Of a DNA stretch of 64,000 nt, positions 1 to 9,907 are shown one piece after another (within the stretch, counting starts at the first letter, position 1; the number at the start of each line of letters is the position of its first letter). The DNA lies in NCBI GenBank assembly GCA_043228905.1, contig JBHGNT010000018.1:5084001-5148000 (forward strand), read 5' to 3'. Source of the DNA: Azolla caroliniana (Eukaryota > Plantae > Polypodiophyta). Both the position numbers and the translations under genes were made by a program. The notes below the pieces were generated by a model. The model was given only the letters and a program-made list of their open reading frames with translations, had not been told where the DNA came from and did no database searches.

Positions 1-378
1 GTCATGAGTCAAGATCAAGGTCAATATAAAGATCCAAGTACAAGATTTAATGCATGAAAATATTTTAGTTCTTTATTTAACGGTCCAAGGTCTAAATGAT
101 AATGACAAGGAAATTACTGAAATTCTCTCAAGGAAGTAGTCATTTCAATTGTATGTTTGATGATATAAGTGAAAAGGCTTTAGCATGTCTCTATTCAATT
201 GAACCCTAATACCTTTCAGAGCAATGGTGATGTATATGATAAATTACAGTAAGTCATTGAAGGATTATTTCTTGTTCAGCTTCTTTGATTTCCATTTTCT
301 TCTTTTGTGTGATAAAAGTCAGATGAGGTAGAGGGGCATTGTGGATACTAATATGGACTGCGTTTTAACTTCCGGCAG

Positions 379-2277
379 ATCATTGCAAAAAGATTGTTGG
401 AATCAAAGAATGGGATCCCTCATCTCTATTTGTCAATTGGTTAGTGGTGTTTTCTTCAAGCCACTTTTACTTTAATGAAGTTGCTGCTTTGAAGTTGTAT
501 CTCAATTCCTAACCATATACATTTTTTTATGGATATGCAAAAGACACATTATTGGATGCAACCTTGGCTCTTCGGAAGGAGTTGAAAGGTATGGCTTCTT
601 AAATATGCAGCTCTGTTCTTTGTTTATATAGGAATACTGTGGAATGGTCTAGTTAAAAGTTTGTGCCCGTAGGGCCAATCCTGTGTCCCTTAAAGAAGAA
701 CACTGCTTCTGATTAAGATGTCAATCATGCATGCCTTGGATAGGATTTTACTGTCAGATTTTGTAACATCCAGTTTTCTGTTTCAGAGAAATATGCGATA
801 CATGTCTCTGTAAATGACATTATTATAAAGGCTGTGGCTTCGGCACTGAAGATAGTCCCAGAAGCCAATGGTATACTTTGGTAATGCTACATAGGAGGGC
901 TTTAGTGTTCCATGAATTTTTACATCTTCATTTTTGTATTTCTTGCTCATGAATCACAGCTCATTGGGATGAGAAGGCAGGCAATATTGTTCCAGGAACA
1001 TCTATTGATATATCAATCGCAGTTGCAACTGAAAAGGTGATATTTGTGCAAATTTACTTTGGATTAACCATGTAATAGCTCCATTATTGAATAAGCTTGT
1101 ACTGGTTATACAGGGACTAATAACTCCAATTTTGCGCGATGCAGATAAAAAATCACTCCAAGAAATTTCTTCAGAGGTTTCTTATGCCTTTAAATTATGA
1201 ATCTGATCTAATATTTGAATTTTGTGTTAGTTTATGCTTTGAATTAATTTTGGCTACTTAATATTCAATTTATAATAAACTATTATATAATGCTCAGTCA
1301 ATTACATTAGATTGTTTGTATTCTTATGAAAATTTGATCCTCAAAAATCTCTTTTTATCCTTGCAAGAACATATATTTGTGGATTGATGTGCAATAGAAT
1401 ATTAGTTCTCGTGCATCTGAAAGATCGTGATAGGTAAGATATTTTCTTGATTTTTCTACAGATAAAAGTTTTAGCAGGGAAAGCTAGAGAAGGGAAACTT
1501 CAACCACATGAGTTTCAAGGTGGCTCCTTCAGGTAGGTAGATCACGTAGAAAATGGTATATAGATATTTGGGCGCTTTTATATTGCAGACTGCAGTGTTA
1601 GATTTAGATAAGAACATTATTTTGGTATTGTGACATGTGTATATGTTGATTTGCAGCATTTCAAATCTAGGCATGTATACAGTAGACCACTTCTGTGCCA
1701 TCATAAATCCACCCCAGGTAATTTTGTTACAGATAAAAAAGAACCAAACATTATATAATAATCACTTCAAGTAGAATGCCGTTTTCTCCCCTGTGAACAG
1801 GCATGTATCCTGGCAGTAGGTAGGGGCCAACCTTCTGTTGTATGGGAGGATGATCTGAAGGGTATGTATTCTGCCATTTACCATTGCCCTTTAAGCTACC
1901 AGGACTTCTTGCATTTTTTTGTTTTATATATATGGTGTTTATTGTGTTTTGTTGTTCTATATTTTGTGCTTAATGTATTTTGATCAAGTTTGATCTTATC
2001 ACAATCTTCTATTCGCACAACCAGATCCAGGTCAAGGAAAACCATGTGCAGTGACAAAGGTGACACTAACTTTATCAGCAGATCACCGTGTCGTGGGTGA
2101 TGAGATTGGAGGTTTAATACCACAATTTACCTTGAGCTCTAAATTTTTATACTTGTTGCTACTTCATTCTGGATAATGCATGATAAATTATGTGTAAACA
2201 TTATATTTTCTGCTGTAGGGCGGTTTTTGGATGTTCTAGCTGGAGTAATAAAGGATTCAAGAAAACTTTTGTTGTGA
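379..2277 (+). CDS. Dihydrolipoamide acetyltransferase (PDH E2, mitochondrial LTA3-like), 3' part. Exons 379-439, 544-588, 787-870, 960-1036, 1114-1176, 1462-1532, 1657-1717, 1801-1861, 2025-2111, 2219-2277 (TGA). 5' exons not resolved or outside the window.
   Basis: GT-AG exons with consistent phases splice to [105 protein letters not shown], the 2-oxoacid dehydrogenase acyltransferase catalytic domain. Confidence 0.93.
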
Positions 2278-2597
2278 GTTGTCATTTTTGAGAACCAATA
2301 AAAAAGAATAAGCTGATGATTCTTCAATTGCAGCCTTTGCAAAGAGCTTTTGGTTTTCCACGAACTTAGGCTGATGACAGATTGCTACATCCAGCATACA
2401 AATCTGATTTCACACGAAGAATATGATTGTTTGTTCTTTGAGAATAAGCTAACGAGGCTCGAGATCAATAAGATGCATGTAATTTCATGAAAAACATGGA
2501 TGTTTTATTGAAAGATGTGGCAATAAATCTATTTTCACATGCAGAAGTATGAGCCTATGAAATATGATATATCATGCATATAGAAACTCATCTGAAT

Positions 2598-3166
2598 CAT
2601 AGTTCTAGCCATACGTCCCATTCGTGTCATACTCAAACGCCAATATTCGTATCATACTCATACGTGAAAAGGCTCCAAGTATGATTGAAATCCATACGCG
2701 GTACATAGATATATTATATATACATATGGTGTATATGGTGTACATAGTGTGTGTGTGTGAGGGGGAGAGAGAGAGAGAGCGTGTGTGGTCTAGAGAGAGA
2801 AGCCCTGTTTTGCATGTGTGAGGAGACAGTGATTGAGTGTATATCTAGACTCTAGAGAGAGAGAGAGAGAGAGAGGAGCTATGGGTTTTGTCTGTGTGAG
2901 GGAGTATGTAATATGTATATTAGATATCTAGATTTTGTAGAGAGAGAAAATCTGTCAGTTCTCGTGTGTGTGAGAGAGAGAGTGTGTATGTGTGTCAGAT
3001 GTCACTTCTATTCACAAAATATTATGAATATCAAAAATTAAAAAAACCAAAAAAAAAGTCAAAAAAAAAAAGAAAAGCCAAACGAATATCGCGTATCATA
3101 CGCGTACGTTTGCAAACGTTCGCGTACGTCCAGTAAATTGGACGTACGCGAATATTAGGAACTATG
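2598..3166. mobile_element. Non-autonomous hAT-type element (MITE)
   Basis: Termini CATAGTTC...GAACTATG. Perfect 8-bp TSD ATCTGAAT at 2590-2597 and 3167-3174. Subterminal TACG-rich palindromes and internal GA/GT microsatellites. Confidence 0.85.
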
Positions 3167-4150
3167 ATCTGAATATATACATCTAATGACAACCATTTTT
3201 TGCATAATACCTTTTGCAAACAATAATGTATTTAATTTGTGTTGACTCGTTATACAGTATCCAAGAGTAAAGTTGAGAGGGTAACATCAAATTGACAGCT
3301 TACTAGAGGCCTGAGGGCTCTATGGTCATGGATCATAATAATTCCTATTTGGGTCATTCTGTGAGATTTGATTACTGAAATACAGAAACTTGACACCATG
3401 ACTGTGTAAGATCTTCATAGCGTTTTCCATAATCTTCCTATTTGTCATGATATGGCTTCATTTATCCCTAATATGATAGTCTTTCCACAGTTGCTTTCTC
3501 CTAGCAGTATCATCCTCATTATAAAAACCTCACTGCTTGCAATCTCAGTGTTGCTAACTGGCTCATTATCTCAGGTACACAGCAGAATCAACTCGATTTG
3601 GCATCTCTGACCTCTATATAATAGAGAGATCGTGACACCATTATGTCATTTTTATAAGTTGTTTCCAACCCTCGGTTTCAAACAGTAACTTTCTCCCTTC
3701 TCTAGTGGGAAACATTAACTTCGTGACCAACCATCCAATTTCAAAAGCATTGTTTTCTCATTTATATTCATAAATTGCTTGATGTAATTTCCAGCCTTTT
3801 AAAGTTTTCCTTTACTTCAAGTTGCAAAACACAAGCAAAGATTATCCTAGCCTTTATGTATTGATCCTCCCTTTAATTACTCTGAAGATTGCTATATACC
3901 AAAACAAGCATAAATGTAGTAATATTGTTCAACTGATACTTGCATTTATGTACTATAATTACATAATCATAAACTAGGATGTTCATTCTTTTAATCATGA
4001 GAGATTTAATTTTTCAATGGCAGTGCAGGGTTAATTTAAAAATGTTAAGCCATATATGTATCTGTAGGGTGTGAAAATTTGGAGTAAACATTTCACTTTG
4101 CAATCACCTTAAGAAATATTTCACTTCACAAGTCCAATATTTCAAATAGT

Positions 4151-6664
4151 TTACATAATGAAATACATCTCATTAAAATTTTGAGATGCACTAACCCCAC
4201 AGGCACATCTCCCATCTTCAAAAATGTGAGTGTGATGCAAATCTCTGACGATAATCTTCCGCTTTTCTATTCTTGAAATAAATGATACAAAAAAATGGCA
4301 TTCACTACAGATACAAATGTTAGAAACAATATGTATAGTTTCCCCTTGATATGTATTGATAAGAGCACAGGCAATGGCCAAGTTTTCACTATGAAAATGC
4401 AGCACATTCATCTTTGTGTCATCATCCAAAATATTTTGTTGCAGTTTAAGGGAAATATCTTTTAACAATTGATAAATATGATTCATTTGAGGATGCTTTG
4501 TGTTGGTGATAGAAAACGAATGAATGTTTCCATTTGTATCAACCCAAACACTCGTTCCGGATGCCTTCGAAGCCACACTATTCTTCACACTCATTGCTTC
4601 GATCTTTCTGCCTTCCTCTTTCAGGCCAGCGGCTGTATAAATGTTAGCCATAAGAATGTATGCTGCTGCAAGGTTGACGTCCAATTGCATTGTGCGATCA
4701 AATATTAATCTTCCAAGCTCTACATTTCCCCATTTTCTACAAGCACCCAGTAGTGTAAGCCAAACTGAAGGATCATCTGAAGACGGCAATGTCTTGATCA
4801 CTGATACTGCCTTTTCTAGAAGTCCTGCACATCCTAAAGTAACTACCATGCATGTATCATGCTCCAAATTTGGAATAATTCCATATTTCGTAATCATACT
4901 GTCATAAAATGCTTGAGCCTCGTCGGTTTTCCCTGAATGACTACAAGCATTGAGTACCCCTGTGAAGGTAATCTCATTTGGACAGAGACCCTCGTATACC
5001 ATGTGTTGAAAAGAATTCAATGCTTCATCACAGTAACCTTCTTGGGCATAACCTGAAATGAGTACATTCCAAGAGACTGTATCTCGAATAGGAAGATCCT
5101 CAAGCACTTCACGTGCCTTGTTTAGAACACCACATCTTGCATACATGTCCACCAAAGCTGAACTAAGAACGATATTGTTTTCTAGCAAATGTCGAACTAT
5201 AATCTCGTTGTGAATTTGTTTGCCTTTGTCGAGAGCTCCTATACTCCCACATGCTTTCAAAATGCAAGTGAAGGTGATCTCATTTGGAAGGAGGCCCTCC
5301 CTTTGCATCTGTTCATAACAATTCAATGCCTCATCACTTTGATCCTCTTGGGCATACCCTGCAATCAATGCTGACCAAGAAATAATGTCACGAACTGGAA
5401 GCTCTTCGAGTAATTCTTGCGCTTTTGAAAGTACACCACATTTGGCATACATATCCACCAATGCAGTGATAAGCACAATATTCTTCTCTCCCAAGCCCCT
5501 AGAGACAATCTCATCATGAATTTGTTTGCCCTTATCGATTGCTCCAATGTTTCCACATGCCTTTAGGATACAAGAAAATGTAATTTCATTTGGAGCAAGG
5601 CCGACCTTTTGCATCTGCACAAAACAATCCAGTGCTTCCTGACCTTGCTTATGTTGAATATACCCTGCAATTAATGCATTCCAAGAGACTACATTCTTTA
5701 CAGGAAGGCCTTCGAGGACCTTTTTTGCTTTATCAAGCACACCACATTTTGCATACATATCCACCAAAGCATTTCCAAGCATAATATTATTCTGAAGCAA
5801 ACCTCTACTCATAATCTCATAATGAATTTGCTTGCCTTTATCAATAGATCCAATGCCCCCACATGCCTTCAAGATGCAAGTAAATGTGACCTCATCTGGA
5901 GAGAGGCCTTCCCTTTGCATATGAACCAAAGAGGTAAGTGCTTCATGACCTTGTTCATGTTGGACATATCCGGCAATGAGAGAATTCCAAGAGACCACAT
6001 TCCGAATGCTAAGGTCGTTGAGAACTTGCTGAGCTTTGTCCAGAGCACTACATTTAGCATACATATTGATCAAAGCATTCCCGAGGACAACATGTTTCTC
6101 AAGCAAACCTCTAGCTATAATCTCATCATGGATTTCTTGACCTTTTCCTATATCTCTCACGATTCCACAAGCTTTCAATACACATGCAAAAGTGACCTCA
6201 TTGGGGACAAAACCCTCTTTTTGCATTAGAGTAAAACAATGAAGAGATTTAAGACCTTTTCCTTGTTGGGCATATCCGGAGATCAATGAGGACCAAGTGA
6301 CCACATCTCGTGTCGGAAGGTCTTCTAGAAGCTTCTGAGCTTTCTCAAGCATACCACATTTGCAATACGTGCTTATTAATGTGCTTGCTATGTATGGGCT
6401 TTTCTCAATCAATCCTTTCCTCAATATATCACCATGTAAACTTATGGCTCCACATGCATCCTTAAGCTTACCACACTCCTTTAATAGCTGTACAAAAGAA
6501 GCCTCTTCCTTTTGCTCATCATCTTTTCGATGTCCTTTCCCATTCATTCCATTTCCATTCTTCTGGAGCTGCCCTCTGTTGTGATATGTTGAGATGGCCA
6601 TAGCTTTTCCATTGGGCTTTTCGAGAAGCCATGGAGGATGCTTGTGCTTTCTCTTCCTTTGCAT
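4151..6664 (-). CDS. PLS-class pentatricopeptide repeat protein with E1/E2 and a DYW-like deaminase domain (organellar RNA-editing factor)
   Basis: About 17 P/L/S motifs in ~102-aa triplets (VVSWNALIAGY / EITFTCILKACG / LGNALVDMYAKCG). E1 PSVWLTLLGAC, E2 AAAYILMANIY, then HSENLA and CSECH zinc ligands and HIFEDGRCAC. The true start is uncertain. Confidence 0.95.
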   Translation of the reverse strand: MQRKRKHKHPPWLLEKPNGKAMAISTYHNRGQLQKNGNGMNGKGHRKDDEQKEEASFVQLLKECGKLKDACGAISLHGDILRKGLIEKSPYIASTLISTYCKCGMLEKAQKLLEDLPTRDVVTWSSLISGYAQQGKGLKSLHCFTLMQKEGFVPNEVTFACVLKACGIVRDIGKGQEIHDEIIARGLLEKHVVLGNALINMYAKCSALDKAQQVLNDLSIRNVVSWNSLIAGYVQHEQGHEALTSLVHMQREGLSPDEVTFTCILKACGGIGSIDKGKQIHYEIMSRGLLQNNIMLGNALVDMYAKCGVLDKAKKVLEGLPVKNVVSWNALIAGYIQHKQGQEALDCFVQMQKVGLAPNEITFSCILKACGNIGAIDKGKQIHDEIVSRGLGEKNIVLITALVDMYAKCGVLSKAQELLEELPVRDIISWSALIAGYAQEDQSDEALNCYEQMQREGLLPNEITFTCILKACGSIGALDKGKQIHNEIIVRHLLENNIVLSSALVDMYARCGVLNKAREVLEDLPIRDTVSWNVLISGYAQEGYCDEALNSFQHMVYEGLCPNEITFTGVLNACSHSGKTDEAQAFYDSMITKYGIIPNLEHDTCMVVTLGCAGLLEKAVSVIKTLPSSDDPSVWLTLLGACRKWGNVELGRLIFDRTMQLDVNLAAAYILMANIYTAAGLKEEGRKIEAMSVKNSVASKASGTSVWVDTNGNIHSFSITNTKHPQMNHIYQLLKDISLKLQQNILDDDTKMNVLHFHSENLAIACALINTYQGETIHIVSNICICSECHFFVSFISRIEKRKIIVRDLHHTHIFEDGRCACGVSASQNFNEMYFIM

Positions 6665-6684
6665 CACAGCAACGAAAGGGAAGA

Positions 6685-6720
<36 letters not shown>

Positions 6721-6809
6721 TACTAACCTGTCAACATACCAATGGTGGATCTCTGAGCAGATTTTGATGCCATCCTGCCTCATTTGTCCAGACTCTACAC
6801 AATGCAAAC

Positions 6810-7072
6810 ATATAGGCAAGGATGGAGTGACTTGAGCCATGGGTTTCTATGAATTTACTAGGATGCCCTTCCATGTAGGGCCAGGCATTCTAGTGAAATG
6901 TCCCGAATCCTCGCGGGCGCATTCACATTCAATCATAAGCAACTTATAGGCAAGGATGGAGTGACTTGAGCCATGGGTTTCTATGAATTTACTTGGATGC
7001 CCTTCCATATAGGGCCAGGCATTCTAGTGAATGTCCAGAATCCTCGCGGGCGCATTCACATTCAATCGTAAG
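6810..7072. repeat. Two-copy ~132-bp direct tandem repeat upstream of the PPR gene
   Basis: tataggcaaggatggagtgacttgagccatggg...gcattcacattcaatc occurs at ~6811-6936 and ~6945-7067 with few differences. Confidence 0.9.
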
Positions 7073-8007
7073 CTTTTTATCAATGGGCCTCACACTTTGT
7101 GTGCATCGTTAGGCTTTCACAAATTACACCCAAATACCCCTCTCTTTGTAGAGCATGTGTGTTGTGTAAAGGGGGGGGGGGGGGGGGGGGGTTAGGTATC
7201 CTAATTAAGTGTTCGAAAATCGTGGTGCAATGTGTACACTTTCCTTTTTCCTTTTTGTTATAACACGCTCATATATGCTCTTTCGTATAGCAAGAACACT
7301 TTGCTCCCGTCTTTTAACAAAACATCTATAAATTTGTGCGAGTGTATGTGTACATATATCAAACTACTTGAAATGCCATCCATAGTTATATGAAACCACT
7401 CTGCGCTTCCTTTCTTGCAAGCAAGCTTGTAGAACTGTGTGTGTGTATTGATCTGTGATTTTGACATCGTCATTAAGTACTCCACAAATGTAGTCAATTG
7501 GAGATGAATGAAATTTTTAATAAGATGATGTTAGTGACTAACTTCTCCAAAGCCCAATGTGAAAGCATTGCAACTTTATACAACATGTTATTTGATTCCA
7601 TAGATTGATTGGCAAACTTTTAACGTTCCCAAAACTTAGATTTCTCACGAGGCTATGTCATAAATAATCTCGAACTTCTGAACTACAACATTGCATTGGT
7701 GGGCTCTAGTATGAAACAAACAATCGGAATGATATTGTGTTTGTTATAAAAGCTTTATGTTGCATTTGATATTGTTTCCATTAGAGAAACTCTTCATGAT
7801 TTCTTATGACACTAATCATGCCAATCAAAGTGTTGACTCAAGAAAAGAAACTCTTTGTGACAATATATATATATATATATATATATATGGATTACTTATC
7901 AAACAAATTTGATATTGCATTAGTTGCATAGACAATGAATGCGGTGAATGTAATTTAATAATAAGACATGTATTGCAAATATAATGTTTATCTATCTATC
8001 TATCGAG

Positions 8008-8534
8008 CAGGGCAAAAATTTGACAGGTGTCATGCCTGTAAAAAACATACACCCAATGAAAATGTCCGTCAAGTGACATATAAAGTTTAAATTTCTATTT
8101 TCATGTGAAAGGTCCCTAAATTTTATATCTGTGAAATGACATGCAAAAATTCTATTTTCCATGTCATGACTCATATATACTGTATATATATATATACACG
8201 GTATACCACATATAAATGTAGGTATGTACTATGAAGTGTATATAAATATACTAATATATTATATGTTTTTATACAACACTATAAAAATAATATCACGTAA
8301 TAACGCTACATATTCTTAAATCATTATTCTTTACTAAGAATGTTAGTTGAAAGTTTGAAACTTATTTTTGGAAAAAAAGGAACTTAAAATTTAATTTACC
8401 GAAAAACCTTTATTAAATATTCTACGAGTCTAGACTCTAGACTCTAGTTTTTACACTCTTATGTCATATGACATACATCTTTAAAAAATGCCTGTCAAAA
8501 AACTTTAATACTAACCCATCAAATTTAGGCCCTG
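8008..8534. mobile_element. Non-autonomous hAT-type element (MITE)
   Basis: Imperfect TIR CAGGGCaaAAATTTGA / TCAAATTTagGCCCTG. 8-bp TSD TCTATCGA at 7999-8006 and 8535-8542 (one extra G on the left). Absent from the paralogous flank near 19.7 kb. Confidence 0.75.
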
Positions 8535-8950
8535 TCTATCGACGCACACAAGCGCACACATATAAATATATATATATGTATGTATTTATATATGTACTTA
8601 AAATTGTTACTAGAATGTGACCCATATTATCTCATATTTGTAGAAGTATTACAAATGACTTATTCCTTAATGTTCAGATTGAAAACAATGTGGATCAAGA
8701 AGCTACATATATATACATATGTACTTAAAAGTGTGACCCTTATTATCTCATATTTGTACAAGTACGACAAATCAGTTGTTCCTTAAATTACGTTCAGATT
8801 GAAAACAATGTGTAGAAAGAAGCAACAACCTTATTCAACCATACACAATAAAAGCTTCCCCTTTCATGTTCAAACTTTTGGAGTGCACATTAAAAGTTTG
8901 GGTCTAGCCATTTGAGCTCGGCTGTTGGTGGCAGTGAAAACTATGCATGG

Positions 8951-9907
8951 TCAAATGGCCACCCATTTGCTCGAGAACTTCCATGAGGTGAGGTAGTAGT
9001 CACCATTATCCTCGACAGGCACGCGGGTCGAGAACCCAACATACGAATACTCCTCCACTAGGTCCGACAAGCGGAGCGGGGCATACGAGAGGTAGAGCTT
9101 GGCCTTCTTCTTGTCCGGGACACTCCGACTAGTGTCACTCCCACTCAACTTCTGCACCCGCACCTCGAGACGGCCTTTTAGGGCGTCATAGTCTATGAAC
9201 ACGGCGATCGGACGGTCCACTAGAGTTTTGAAGCTCCCAATCGGGCTCGTGACCACAGATTGGACACTATCAATGTCAAGCCCTACATGCGGGATGGCAG
9301 GGTCGGGGAATGTGACATCTCCGGAATTGCGTGAGATGTCGAGCTCGACCGCCAATGTCTTGGTCTTCTTCTTACCCCGGAGTGAGTTCCCAGTCTTCGG
9401 GTCGATCTCGAAGAGCCCCAGGCTCTCGGGTCCCGCGGCGCCCACACGTTGGTCGGGCGTGATTGCGAATGCCCATCCACCCCCAAAGGAGAAGAAGTTC
9501 TCAGACTCACGCCGGTCGCTGCTCCGTAGGAACTCGATGACATATGAGGTGGAGAACGAGACGGCCTGAGACTTTATCTTGGAGGACCAGAGCTGGACCT
9601 TGTTCAAGTATTGATACCTCGCCGAGGTCGGGTAAACCGGGGCCGAGAAGATGACCGACTCTCCTGTGATAAAGACCTTGCAAATGTCATTGGGGCTAAC
9701 TCCTGTGTCTGATGCCGTGAGCCCATCGATGCTACAATTGAGTGACGAAGACACGCTACTAAAGTTGGTGAATGAGAGGTTGACACCTTTCGGGAGCGGA
9801 GCGGCGTAGATCAATGATGCCCATGCCGATGTGGCACATGCCAATGTTATGAGTATCGTTGCACACTGGAGCACATTATTATAATGCAAAAAAGGCGGTC
9901 GTGCCAT
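8951..9907 (-). CDS. Secreted legume (L-type) lectin-domain protein, copy 1 (no kinase or TM)
   Basis: Signal-peptide-like N-terminus. Lectin_legB motifs SFSTSYVI, GWAFAITP, LAVELD, PHVGLDIDS, VFIDYD, YVGFS, SWKFSS. Intronless, 318 aa. Confidence 0.92.
   Translation of the reverse strand: MARPPFLHYNNVLQCATILITLACATSAWASLIYAAPLPKGVNLSFTNFSSVSSSLNCSIDGLTASDTGVSPNDICKVFITGESVIFSAPVYPTSARYQYLNKVQLWSSKIKSQAVSFSTSYVIEFLRSSDRRESENFFSFGGGWAFAITPDQRVGAAGPESLGLFEIDPKTGNSLRGKKKTKTLAVELDISRNSGDVTFPDPAIPHVGLDIDSVQSVVTSPIGSFKTLVDRPIAVFIDYDALKGRLEVRVQKLSGSDTSRSVPDKKKAKLYLSYAPLRLSDLVEEYSYVGFSTRVPVEDNGDYYLTSWKFSSKWVAI

Noticed and set aside
1-378. Additional upstream E2 exon
   Set aside because: No segment encoding the expected preceding peptide could be placed with confidence, so it is treated as intron.
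3240-3900. Possible decayed gag-like relic between E2 and PPR
   Set aside because: No diagnostic motif or boundary could be established.
4151-4600. DYW:KP (U-to-C) editing factor
   Set aside because: There is no KPAxA motif and no GRP/DRH-type terminus. The PG-box region resembles the WW type instead.
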